DNA of 64,000 nucleotides from an uncultured Actinomycetes bacterium (GTDB lineage: Bacteria; Actinomycetota; Thermoleophilia; Gaiellales; Gaiellaceae), in assembly GCA_963770595.1 (NCBI GenBank), contig CAVYQG010000002.1:155866-219865 (forward strand). Direction: 5' to 3'. Position 1 is the stretch's first letter. Each line of letters begins with the position of its first letter. The position numbers and the translations under genes are program-made. The notes beneath the pieces were generated by a model that was not told the DNA's origin, did not search any database, and saw only the letters and a program-made list of their open reading frames with translations. Positions 36,292 through 46,414 of this stretch are shown here, piece after piece.

Positions 36292-37920
36292 GTGTCAGTT
36301 GTGACGTACGAGTTCAGGATCCTCGGTCCCCTCGAGGTCTCGGGTGAGACCGGTCCCGTCGCGCTCGGAGGGCAGCGGCAACGCGCGCTCCTCGCGGCGC
36401 TCCTGATCGAGGCCGGCCGCGTCGTGCCGACTGAGCGCCTCGTCGACCTCCTGTGGGGCGAGGCCGCGCCGAGGACCGCGACGACGTCGCTCCAGAACTC
36501 GATCTCACGGTTGCGGCGCGAGCTCGGCGCAGACCTCCTCGAGACGCGTGCGCCCGGCTACGTACTCCGCGTCGACCCGCAGCAGGTGGACGCGCATCGC
36601 TTCGAACGGCTTCTGCGCGACGCGCGCGGCTCGGAGGCCGCCGCGCGGCGCGAGACGCTGCGCGAGGCTCTCGCGCTCTGGCGAGGCCCCGCCCTCGCCG
36701 AGTTCGCCTTCGAGCCGTTCGCGCAGGCGGAGATCCGCCGGCTCGAGGAGCTCCGGCTCGTCGCGCTCGAGGAGCGGATCGATGCCGACCTCGAGCTGGG
36801 CCGCCACGAGCGACGTCGTGGGCGAGCTCGAGGCACTCGTCGGCGAGCATCCGCTGCGGGAGACCTTCAGACGGCAGCAGATGCTCGCGCTCTACCGATC
36901 GGGCCGCCAGGCGGAGGCGCTCGACGCGTACCAGGACGCTCGCTCCCGCTTCGTCGAGGAGCTCGGCATCGAGCCCGGGCCGGAGCTCAAGCGTCTCCAG
37001 GCGGAGATCCTCGGCAGGAGGCGGGAATCGCCGCGCCCGGCGCGACCTCGCCCGACGACCGACGACGAAGCCGAGATCGTGGCGGCGCTCCTCGCCGGCC
37101 GGGTCGTGCCCGTGCTCGGGCTCGACGGCGTCGGCGACCTCGCCGCGCACCTCGCGTCGGCGTTCTCCGTCCCCGACGACCGGCCGGTCGACCTCGCGCG
37201 CGTCTCGCAGTACGTCGCGACGATGCAGGGCTCGGGGCCGCTGTACGACGAGCTGCACGCGCTCTTCGAGGCCGCCACCGAGCCGAGCGCGCTGCACCGC
37301 TTCCTCGCCCAGCTGCCCGCGCTCCTCCGCGAGCGTGGCGCGCCGCACCAGCTCATCGTGAGCACGAACTACGACCTCGCGCTCGAGCGGGCGTTCGAGG
37401 ACGCGGACGAGGAGCTCGACATCGTCACGTACGTCGCCAGCGGTCCGCATCGCGGTCGCTTCTGGCATCGGCCGCCCGGCGAGCCGCCGCGCCCGATCGA
37501 CGTTCCCAACACGTACGCGACGGAGCTCTCGCTCGAGCAGCGGACGATCCTGCTCAAGCTCCACGGTGCCGTCGACCCGCTCCCCGAGCGCGAGTGGGAG
37601 AGCTTCGTCATCACCGAGGACGACTACATCGACTACCTCGGGCAGCTCCGAGCTGGCGGCAGTCGTCCCCGTGTCGCTGGCCGCCAAGCTGCGGCGCAGC
37701 CACTTCCTCTTCCTCGGCTACGAGATGGCCGACTGGAACCTGCGCCTGATCCTCAACCGCCTCTGGGGGGAGCGGCCGATCGCGCTATCGCTCGTGGGCG
37801 GTGCAGAGCTCGCCGAGCCCGCTCGCGCAGGCGTTCTGGCGCCGATACGACGTGACGCCGCTCGACGTCGAGCCCGAGGCGTACGTCGCGCTGCTCGGAC
37901 GGAGGCTGGAGGCGGCATGA
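36292..37920 (+). CDS. SARP wHTH + BTAD + SIR2-like (SIR2_2 type) domain protein; three frame breaks (~36808, ~37645, ~37790)
   Basis: wHTH: FRILGPLEVSGETGPVALGGQRQRALLAALL. BTAD: ALALWRGPALAEF...QMLALYRSGRQAEALDAY...LGIEPGPELKRLQAEIL. SIR2-like: GRVVPVLG, HQLIVSTNYDLALERAF, ILLKLHGAV, FVITEDDYIDY, HFLFLGYEMADWNLRLIL. Ends ...LGRRLEAA with TGA 37918-37920. Confidence 0.75.
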
Positions 37921-40900
37921 GCGCCGACGCGCCGTTCGCCCGTACAAGGGCCTGAGCGCGTTCGAGGACTCGGAGGTCGACGCGCTCCTCTTCTTCGGCC
38001 GCGAGCGCGAGCGGGAGATCGTGGTCGCGAACCTGATCGCCTCGCGGCTGACGGTCCTGTACGGACCGAGCGGCGTCGGCAAGTCGTCGCTGCTCCGCGC
38101 GGCGGTCGCGCGCTCGCTGCGTGAGCTCCCCGAGCAGCCGCTCGTCGTCGTCTTCTCGCGCTGGAGCGACGATCCGGCCGCCGCGCTCGCCGAGACCGTT
38201 GCCGAGGCCGGTCGGAGGGGGGACGAACGGCACGGCTGCCGAGGCGCTCGCGCGAGCACAGGTCGACCGCGACGTCTACCTCGTGCTCGACCAGGCGGAG
38301 GAGTACTTCCTCTACCACGCCGACGACGGTGGCATCGGCTCGTTCGCGGAGGCGCTGCCGGCGCTGCTCGCGGCGCCGCGCCGCGTCAACGTCCTCGTCT
38401 CGCTGCGCGAGGACTCGCTCGCGAAGCTCGACCGCTTCACGGGCCGGATTCCCGGGCTCTTCGCCAACACCTCCGCCTCGACCGCCTCGACCGCGACTCG
38501 GCGCAGCGCGGCGATCGTGCGGCCCGCTCGAGCGCTTCGCCGAGCTGACGGGTGACGACGTCACGGTCGAGCCGGCGCTCGTCGAGCGGGTGCTCGACGA
38601 GGTCGGCGCGGGCCAGATCGAGCCTCGCGCTCGGCGGGCTCGGAGCCGTCGAGGGCGCCGAGCGACGCGGCGCGGATCGAGGCGCCGTACCTCCAGCTCG
38701 TCATGCAGCGGATCTGGGAGGAGGAGCGAGCGGCCGGCTCGGACGTGCTCGCGGCTCGAGACGCTCGAGCGGCTCGGCGGCGGCGCAGCGCATCGTCGAG
38801 GAGCACCTCGACGGGCGCTCTCGACGAGCTGTCGCCCGCGCAGCAAGGACGTCGCCGCGCGCCTGTTCAACCACCTCGTGACGCCGTCGGGAACGAAGAT
38901 CGCGCACGAGGTCTCGGACCTCGCCGACTTCGGCGGCGTTCGCCGTGGACGAGGTCAAGCCGGTGCTCGCGAGTCGCTCGCCGAGCGGCGGATCCTGCGC
39001 TCGCGTCGAGGAGGGCGGCGGGGTCCGGTACGAGATCTTCCACGACGTGCTCGCGGAGCCGTGCTCGCCTGGCGCGTCGAGCGCACGAGGCCGAGCGCGA
39101 CCTCGAGCTGCAGAAGCGCGACTCCGACCGTCGGCATCGGCGCTTGCTCGGCGTCATCGCCGTCGGGGCGGTGCTTCTCGCGACGATGGGCGCGATAACG
39201 GCGTTCGCGCTCACGCAGCGCTCCGAGGCCAGGAACCAGGCGCGCGCGTCGAAGGCGAACGAGCTCGTGGCGGTGTCCGGCGCCGAGCGCGCTCGCGACC
39301 CGGAGCTCAGCCTCGCTCTCGCGCTCGAGGCGTCCCGCCTCGATCCGAGCGAGAGCTCCGAGCAGGCGCTGCGCCAGGCGCTCAACCAGTCGCGCATGCG
39401 AGGCGTCGTGGACCTCGGTGAGCCGGTGGTGGGCGCAGCTCCGCTCGGGCGCCTCGTTCTGGGTGTCTCCGAGAGCGGGGAGCTCGTGGAGGCGAATCCG
39501 GCCACCGGCGAGATCCTGGGGCGCGTGGACACGGGCAGCCCGGCCGCCGATGTGTCGTTCTCGACCGACGGGACGCCGCTCGTCACGGGCCGAGACGGCA
39601 GCGTGCTGCTGGTCCGGGGAGGCGACGCGATCGCCGTCCCCGGGGTCACGGAGGCTCGAGCGGCGTCGATCTCGCCCGACGGCAGCCTCGCGGCGGTCGT
39701 CGAGCCTCGCGGCGTGCGGCTCGTCGACGTCGAGTCCGGCTCGGTGCTCGAGTCGTACGACCATCCAGGCGCGATCTCGGCGGCCGTGTCGTACGACAAC
39801 CGGCGGGTGGCGACGGGAGGGGCGGACGATCAGGTTCACATCTGGTCGGGTCAGAGCGGTCGCCGCGTCCACACGCTCACCGAGCACGACGGGAACGCGG
39901 TCGCGCTCGAGTTCAGCCCTGACGGCGCCCGTGTCGCGACCGCCTCGAGCGACGGCGTCGGCCGGCTCTTCCGTACCGCCGACTGGGGCCTCTCGTCCGT
40001 CGTCACCGGCCACACGCACTCGTTGCGGGACATCGCGTTCAGCTCCGACAGCGAGCACGTCGTCACCGCGGGCGAGGACGGGACGGCGCAGGTCTTTCAC
40101 GTAGACACCGGAGACCAGCTCGTCGTCCTCGCGGGCAGCGACGACTGGGTGATGTCCGCGGCCTTCGCAGGCGGGGTCGGGAGCCCGATCGTCACGGCAG
40201 GCCGGGACGGGACGATCCGCGTCTGGGATTCCGTCTTCCAGCCGGAGCTTGAGCTGCTCACCGAGCTTCCGAGCGCGGTGGTGTACGTCGAGTTCGACGA
40301 CGACGGCCGGCTTCGCGCGACGACGGACGTCGGGCGCGCACACATCCTCGACCCGGCTACCGGCGAGGTCCTGGAGGTCGTGCGGGGCGCGAAGCCGAGA
40401 CGCGACCAGGGACCGAGCGGGGAGGTCGCGACGATCCGCGGAAAGACGGTCGTCCTCCGGACGGGGTCGGGCACCCGGACGCTCGAAGGGCATCGCGACC
40501 GCGTCACGGGCGTCGACTTTTCCCCGGACGGTGCGCTGCTCGTCACGTCGAGCAGGGACAGCGACGCTCGCATCTGGAGGGTCGCCGACGGCGAGTCGAT
40601 CCAGGCTCTGCAGCACAACACGGCCGTGCACGACGCCCGGTTCAGCCCGGACGGGAAGTGGGTCGTCACGGCTGCGTTTCGCGGCAGCCTGTGGGACGTG
40701 AGTGACGGCTCCAACCTCTTGCGCCTGCAGGGCCACGACGGGACGCTCACGACCGCGACCTTCGACCCCACGGGACACACGGTGTTCACGGGCGGGGTCG
40801 ACGGCACCGTGCGGACCTACGAGTGCGGGCTATGCGGCGGCCTCGACGAGCTCGTCTCGCTGGCGGAGGCGCGCCTGGCTGCCACCCGCCGCGGCCTGAC

Positions 40901-40931
40901 GCCGGACGAGCGCGAGCGGTATCTCCGCTAG
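37917..40931 (+). CDS. nSTAND-like P-loop NTPase + TM helix + WD40 repeat protein; about 17 frame breaks between 37932 and 39080, none afterwards
   Basis: ATGA overlap with the upstream stop. RPYKGLSAFEDSEVDALLFFGREREREIV. Walker A LYGPSGVGKSSLL; Walker B VYLVLDQAEEYF. PYLQLVMQRIWEEE. TM LLGVIAVGAVLLATMGAITAFAL. WD40 blades (HDGNAVALEFSPDGARVATASSDGVGRLF, GHTHSLRDIAFSSDSEHVVTAGEDGTAQVF, GHRDRVTGVDFSPDGALLVTSSRDSDARIW, GHDGTLTTATFDPTGHTVFTGGVDGTVRTY). Confidence 0.8.
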
Positions 40932-41653
40932 CGCCGGCAGTGGGTGCGAGGCAGGAGCCCTAGCGCGCACAGCTCGGGCTGCGGCGCCCGGATCGCGAAC
41001 GCGCTCCTGAGCTCCCGCGTGAACCAGACGTGCAGCATCTCGCTCGCGCCCTGCTGGAGGCGGGCGCCGGGCGGGCAGCGTCCACCGGCGAGCGGCTTCA
41101 GGCCGCGCTTCGCACCGTGCTTGCACACGATGTGCGAATGCCAGCGCATGATCGGGCCGGCGGGGGTCGGGCCGAGCTCGCCGTCGCGCGTGCTCCACAT
41201 GGCGCCGACGAGGACGAGCGGCCGCCCGCGCGCGTTGGCGTAGATGAGCGCCTTGGGCCGCGTCGGGTCCAGGATTCCCGCGCGCCGCGGCTCCTGGTGC
41301 CGTTCCGCGTGGAAGAAGTCGACCCTGGTCGCGCCCAGGCGCCTGGGGGCCGTCCGCGTGTCGTAGCCGGCACGCCTCGCCGCCTGGACGCTCCTCCAGT
41401 TCCCGCGGTCGGCGGCGGAGACGAGCTGTTCGAGTATCGACCTCGCGCGGGCTCGCTGGCGCGAGGTCGCGAGCCGGACTTGTGGGTACTGCGGCAGGTG
41501 GTCGACCAGCCCACGCCGCGCGGTGGCAGGAAGGAGGTCGGCGCCCTGCGGTGGCTTGCAGACGAGGATGGGAGGCGCAGCGGTTCCCGCCTCGCCGGCC
41601 GACACCAGCGCGACGGCCAGGATCGCGACGATGCCGACGCGAGCGCTCGTCAT
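40928..41653 (-). CDS. Secreted hypothetical protein
   Basis: Start MTSARVGIVAILAVALVSAGEAG at 41653. Ordinary composition with several Cys/His. Last gene of the PD40/DMF-like operon. Its stop overlaps the WD40 gene stop (CTAG at 40928-40931). Confidence 0.6.
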   Translation of the reverse strand: MTSARVGIVAILAVALVSAGEAGTAAPPILVCKPPQGADLLPATARRGLVDHLPQYPQVRLATSRQRARARSILEQLVSAADRGNWRSVQAARRAGYDTRTAPRRLGATRVDFFHAERHQEPRRAGILDPTRPKALIYANARGRPLVLVGAMWSTRDGELGPTPAGPIMRWHSHIVCKHGAKRGLKPLAGGRCPPGARLQQGASEMLHVWFTRELRSAFAIRAPQPELCALGLLPRTHCRR

Positions 41654-41688
41654 GTGCGCGATCCTAGTGCCGTAGCGCACGAGTCGCA

Positions 41689-43022
41689 TCACCGTGCCAG
41701 CCGCGCCCACAGGTTCTCCAGCATCCGCCAGACGACGGGGTCCGACGTGATCGAGCGGGTGAGGTGGAACGCGCCCGCGGCGAACACGTTCGCACCTTCG
41801 CTCGTGCGGTAGAAGGTCATCTGCGCGGTCTGACCCGGGCCGAAGAGGTCCGGGATCTCTGCGACGACCTGCACGTTCGCCGGCGACTCGGGTGCGACCT
41901 CGTCGATCTCGACGCCGCCGCGCGCGAACCGCGAGCCCGCGTGCAGCCCGGTTCCCGCGAAGATCCATCTGCTCGCCGCGGTCCGCCGGACGACCCAGGC
42001 CGCACGTGGCGAGCGCTGGTGCGCGAAGTACTGGACGCCGACGAGGGCAGCTTCGGGCCGGCGGACGGCGCGCCAGCGGTTCTTCTTCACCATGGCGTCG
42101 TCCTCCCGTTCGACGCGCCAGAAGAAGTTGTTCGCCGACAGGAACATGAGGTTGCCACCGAGATCGCGGTAGCCCTCGACGAGGTCGTACTCGTGCTCCG
42201 TCACGTACTCGTGGTGGCCGGCGAACACGATCAGGTCGTAGGCGCGGGCGAGCGTGGAGGCGCTTCCGACCTGCTCGAGGTCCCACTGCGAGAGGTAGTC
42301 GACCTCCTTCCCGGTCCAGTGCGAGCCAGTTCAGGAAGCCGAGGTGGTAGCGGAACCCGTACGGCACGCCCCGGTCGAGGTGCGCCCGACCCAGTCGGAC
42401 GGTTTCGAGGAACTTGCTCGCGTACCACGAGTCCGGCTGCCCGTCGCCGTCGTCGTCCCGGAAGTTGTACGCCTGCCACGTCAGGGTCGGGAGGACGACC
42501 GCGACGCGGCGCTCGCCGACTCGCTGCGGTGCCACCACGAACGGTGCGAAGCCGATGCGCCCGTCCGGCGCCGTCAGCCGGGCGAAGTAGAGCCCACTCT
42601 CCCAGTCCCCGACTCTGAGGGTCAAGGTGCGACGCCCGCCGACCGTCCTGATCGTCCGCCTCGACGTGACGGCGACGCCCTTCATGACGCCCTCGGTCCG
42701 GGTCGCGACCCGCTCGGGCCCCGCCTGGAAGATCCGGATCGTCAGCCGGGGTGACGGATCGTCGATCACGAGCCGCGCCCGCTGACCGGGGCGATAGCTC
42801 TCGTGCTGGTAGGCGGCCTCGACCGCGGGGACGAGCCGTCCGGACACCTTCGGAGTCGCGTCCCTCGACCGGATGCTCCGAGACCGAGGTTGCCGCGACG
42901 ACGAGCACGCCTGCGGCTGCGCCGACGACAATCGCTCGAGCGGTGATCGCTCGCTGGACCACGCCCGCAACGTAAGCGAACTTGCCCAGGGCGCGCTCGA
43001 CGACGGAGGACGCGGATGACAT
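41689..43022 (-). CDS. N,N-dimethylformamidase large-subunit-like (DUF-type amidotransferase-like) protein, membrane-anchored; two frame breaks (~42855, ~42330)
   Basis: N-terminal anchor AIVVGAAAGVLVVAA, then YRPGQRARLVIDD...GLYFARL...VVLPTLTWQAYNF...HWTGKEVDYLSQWDLE...IVFAGHHEYVTEHEYD...NLMFLSANNFFW. I recognise this as the DMFase-beta-like family. Confidence 0.55.
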
Positions 43023-43038
43023 GGGCGCTGGGTGCCGT

Positions 43039-43936
43039 TCAGCTCACGGGCGGTAGCCAGGCGGCGTCGCTCTTCGGCTCTCCGGCAGGCTCGACGCGAC
43101 GAGCGTCGGTGCCGTCCGCGCGGACGAGCCGGATGCCCCGGCCGGCGTCGAACGCGATCCACTTCCCATCCGGCGACCACGCCGGGTCCCCGACGGCGCC
43201 ACGGGCGATCCGCCGCCTGTCGCGGCCATCGGGACGCGCGACGACGATGCCGGTGCTGTCACCCCATTCGTCGACGGACGTGAACGCGAGACGCCGACCG
43301 TCGGGCGACCACGCCGGGTCGCGCGACTGTCCCAGAGGCACCTGCAGGCTGTTCGCCGTCTCGGTCGCGAGCGACGACTCTCACGTAGAGCCCGAACTCG
43401 CACTCGTCGTAGTACTCCGAGAACGCGAGGGCTCTGCCGTCCGGCGACGGCGCGACATCGAGAGCGCAGTAGCCGCGGTACGTCGGCGCTGCTCGAACGA
43501 CCTGCTGCACGCCGGTCCCGTCGGCTCGGACGCGGAGGATCCCGACCGACCACTCCCGGTGGCCGCGTCCGCGCCGGTAGCGACTGAAGTAGACGTACCT
43601 GCCGTCGGGGGACCAGGCGGGGGAGAGCGCGGCCGCCGCTCGCGTCAGCCGCCTCGCCCGCGTACCGTCCCGGTGCACGATCCAGATGTGTCCACGTCGG
43701 ACGAACGCGATCTCCGTCGCGTCGTTCGAGACAGCAGGGGACGAGGCGTCCCGCACCAGCAGACGGGCGTCGGATCCGTCGCTCGAAGCGACGTAGAGGT
43801 CGGCTCCCCGCTCGAAGACGAGCTCGGCGCTCGGTAGCGCGGCGTCCTTCGTCGTGCTCGCGATACCCATGGCACCTGCGCCGACAGCCGCGATCACGAC
43901 CACGGCGAGCGGGTACCTCCACGAGCGGCGTGTCAT
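43039..43936 (-). CDS. TolB-like PD40 beta-propeller repeat protein, secreted; one frame break near 43375
   Basis: GGAGG SD. Signal/anchor [17 protein letters not shown]. Repeated AWSPDG motifs ([48 protein letters not shown]). Confidence 0.75.
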
Positions 43937-43964
43937 CGAGCCTCCTCGACCGATCGACTCGCGG

Positions 43965-43997
43965 AGCGTCGGGAAGAGCGCTCAACGGAGCGCTCAA
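43965..43997 (-). promoter_or_regulatory. Type I heptad-repeat promoter, 12-bp spacing variant (TTGAGCG-N5-TTGAGCG-N8-GACGCT)
   Basis: Heptads at 43991-97 and 43979-85; hexamer at 43965-70. Upstream of the PD40/DMF-like/secreted-protein operon and divergent from uvrB. Confidence 0.5.
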
Positions 43998-44029
43998 AGT
44001 GCGCGTCACTCGGCGGCTACGCTGCGCCG

Positions 44030-46042
44030 ATGGCTCGCGCCTTCCGCACCACCGACGAGTACGCGCCGATGGGCGACCAGGCGCGCGCGATCGAGGAGAT
44101 CGCCGCCTCCGTCGCGGCCGGGAACCGCTTCCAGACGCTCCTCGGCGCGACCGGTACCGGCAAGACCGCCACGATGGCGTGGACGATCGAGAAGCTCCAG
44201 CGGCCAGCGCTCGTCATCGCGCACAACAAGACGCTCGCCGCGCAGCTCTGCAACGAGTTCCGCGAGTTCTTCCCCGAGAACGCCGTCGAGTACTTCGTCT
44301 CGTACTACGACTACTACCAGCCCGAGGCGTACGTCCCGCAGGCCGACCTCTACATCGAGAAGGACTCGTCCCAGAACGACGACATCGCGCGGCTCCGGCT
44401 GTCGGCGACCTCGTCGCTGATGACGCGGCGCGACGTCGTCGTGGTCGCCTCGGTCTCGTGCATCTACGGCCTCGGCTCGCCCGAGGAGTGGCGCGAGCGC
44501 GTGCTCATCCTCGAGGTGGGGGAGGAGCACGACCGCGACGCCGTGCTGCGGAAGCTCGTCGAGAGCCAGTACGTCCGCAACGACACCGTGCTCGGCCGGG
44601 GCCGGTTCCGGGTCAAGGGCGACATCGTGGAGGTGCAGCCGGCGAACGTCGAGACCGCCTACCGCGTCTCGTTCTTCGGGGACGAGGTGGAGCAGATCAC
44701 GCATTTCAACCCGCTCTCGGGCGAGGTGTACGCGCGCCTCGACAACCTCGTCGTCTGGCCCGCGACCGAGTACGTGACCTCGACGCCGACGATCGAGCGT
44801 GCGATCGACGAGATCCGCGCCGAGCTCGAGGAGCAGGTCGCGAAGTTCGAGGCCGACGGGCGGATGCTCGAGGCCCACCGCATCCGCCAGCGCACCGAGT
44901 ACGACATGGAGATGCTCAAGGAGCTCGGGTTCACGAGCGGGATCGAGAACTACTCGCGCGTCCTCGAAGGGCGAGCGCCCGGCACGCACCCGTTCACGCT
45001 CATCGACTACTTCCCGGACGACCTCGTCGTCTTCGTCGACGAGTCGCACCAGACGGTGCCGCAGCTCGGCGGCATGTACGAGGGCGACCGCTCGCGGAAG
45101 CAGACGCTCGTCGACTACGGCTTCCGGCTCCCGTCCGCGCTCGACAACCGGCCGCTCCGCTTCGACGAGTTCCTCGGCAAGGTGGACCAGCTCGTCTTCG
45201 TGTCCGCGACGCCGGGCGCGTTCGAGCTATCGCGCTCGAAGGTGATCGCGGAGCAGCTCATCCGTCCCACCGGGATCGTCGACCCCGAGATGGAGCTTCG
45301 CCCGACGCGCAACCAGATCGACGACCTGCTCAACGAGATCCGCCATCGCGAGGAGGCGGGCGAGCGGACGCTCGTCACGACGCTGACGAAGAAGATGGCC
45401 GAGGACCTGACCGACTACCTCCTCGAAGCAGGAGTTCGCGCGCGCTACCTCCACTCCGAGATCGACACGCTCGACCGCATCGCGATCATCCGCGAGCTCC
45501 GGCTCGGCGAGTACGACGTCCTCGTCGGGGTCAACCTCCTGCGCGAGGGGCTCGACCTGCCCGAGGTCTCGCTCGTCGCCGTCCTCGACGCCGACAAGGA
45601 GGGCTTCCTGCGCGGGAAGACGGCGCTCGTGCAGACGACCGGCCGCGCGGCCCGCAACGTGAACGGGAAGGTGCTGCTCTACGCGGACAAGCGCACGGAG
45701 GCGATCAACGGCGCGCTCGAGGAGACCAACCGCCGCCGCGCCTACCAGCTCGCCTACAACGAGGAGCACGGGATCGTGCCCGAGACGATCGTGAAGGGCG
45801 TCTCCGACATCGCCGAGCTGCTCGCGCTCGAGTCACCGCACGTGCCGAAGTCGCGCCGACGGCGCGGGAAGGCCGAGGTCGAGGGCATGTCGCGCGACGA
45901 GCTCGAGAAGCTCGTCGTCACGCTCGAGGAGGAGATGTACCTCGCCGCCGAGGAGCTCCGGTTCGAGTACGCCGCGAAGCTGCGCGACGAGATCAAGGAG
46001 CTGCGGCGCGAGCTGAACGCGTTCGCGGAGACGTCCTCCTGA
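44030..46042 (+). CDS. uvrB: Excinuclease ABC subunit B
   Basis: [10 protein letters not shown], Walker [20 protein letters not shown]-terminal UVR domain [18 protein letters not shown]. 670 aa uninterrupted. TACGCT lies 6 nt before the ATG. Confidence 0.96.
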   Translation: MARAFRTTDEYAPMGDQARAIEEIAASVAAGNRFQTLLGATGTGKTATMAWTIEKLQRPALVIAHNKTLAAQLCNEFREFFPENAVEYFVSYYDYYQPEAYVPQADLYIEKDSSQNDDIARLRLSATSSLMTRRDVVVVASVSCIYGLGSPEEWRERVLILEVGEEHDRDAVLRKLVESQYVRNDTVLGRGRFRVKGDIVEVQPANVETAYRVSFFGDEVEQITHFNPLSGEVYARLDNLVVWPATEYVTSTPTIERAIDEIRAELEEQVAKFEADGRMLEAHRIRQRTEYDMEMLKELGFTSGIENYSRVLEGRAPGTHPFTLIDYFPDDLVVFVDESHQTVPQLGGMYEGDRSRKQTLVDYGFRLPSALDNRPLRFDEFLGKVDQLVFVSATPGAFELSRSKVIAEQLIRPTGIVDPEMELRPTRNQIDDLLNEIRHREEAGERTLVTTLTKKMAEDLTDYLLEAGVRARYLHSEIDTLDRIAIIRELRLGEYDVLVGVNLLREGLDLPEVSLVAVLDADKEGFLRGKTALVQTTGRAARNVNGKVLLYADKRTEAINGALEETNRRRAYQLAYNEEHGIVPETIVKGVSDIAELLALESPHVPKSRRRRGKAEVEGMSRDELEKLVVTLEEEMYLAAEELRFEYAAKLRDEIKELRRELNAFAETSS

Positions 46043-46132
46043 GCGAGCGCGAAGAGCCGATCTCGGCTCGATGACCCCGAGCACCGGGCGAGGCGTGCAT
46101 CGCGGGTGACGTCTCCCGGTAGCCTGGGCGGC

Positions 46133-46408
46133 ATGTGCCGGAACATCAAGACTCTCCACAACTTCGAGCCCCCCGCCACGACCGACGAGGTCCAGGCCGC
46201 TGCGCTCCAGTACGTCCGCAAGGTGAGCGGGTCGACGAAGCCGTCGAAGGCGAACGAGGCCGTGTTCGGCCGGGCGGTGGACGACATCGCCGCGATCACG
46301 CGACGCCTGCTCGGCGAGCTCGTCACCGCGGCGCCTCCGCGCGACCGTGAGGTCGAGGCCGCGCGGGCGCGCGCACGGGCCGAGAAGCGGTTCGGACGCG
46401 CGGCGTAG
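46133..46408 (+). CDS. DUF2277 family protein
   Basis: MCRNIKTLHNFEPPATTDEVQAAALQYVRKVSG is the characteristic N-terminus of this family. TAGCCT lies 7 nt before the ATG, which supports this start over 46106. Confidence 0.7.
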   Translation: MCRNIKTLHNFEPPATTDEVQAAALQYVRKVSGSTKPSKANEAVFGRAVDDIAAITRRLLGELVTAAPPRDREVEAARARARAEKRFGRAA

Positions 46409-46414
46409 GCGGCG

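Noticed and set aside
40928-40931. Four-nucleotide overlap (CTAG) of the convergent stop codons of the WD40 gene and the secreted-protein gene, as a possible regulatory feature.
   Set aside because: A palindromic CTAG trivially encodes TAG on both strands. There is no hairpin or other structure around it, so it is likely just compact gene packing.
17655-43936. Calling the accessory block a genomic island, prophage or integrative element.
   Set aside because: No integrase, recombinase, transposase, phage structural genes, flanking tRNA or terminal direct repeats could be found by eye. Only the break in conserved synteny supports an accessory nature.
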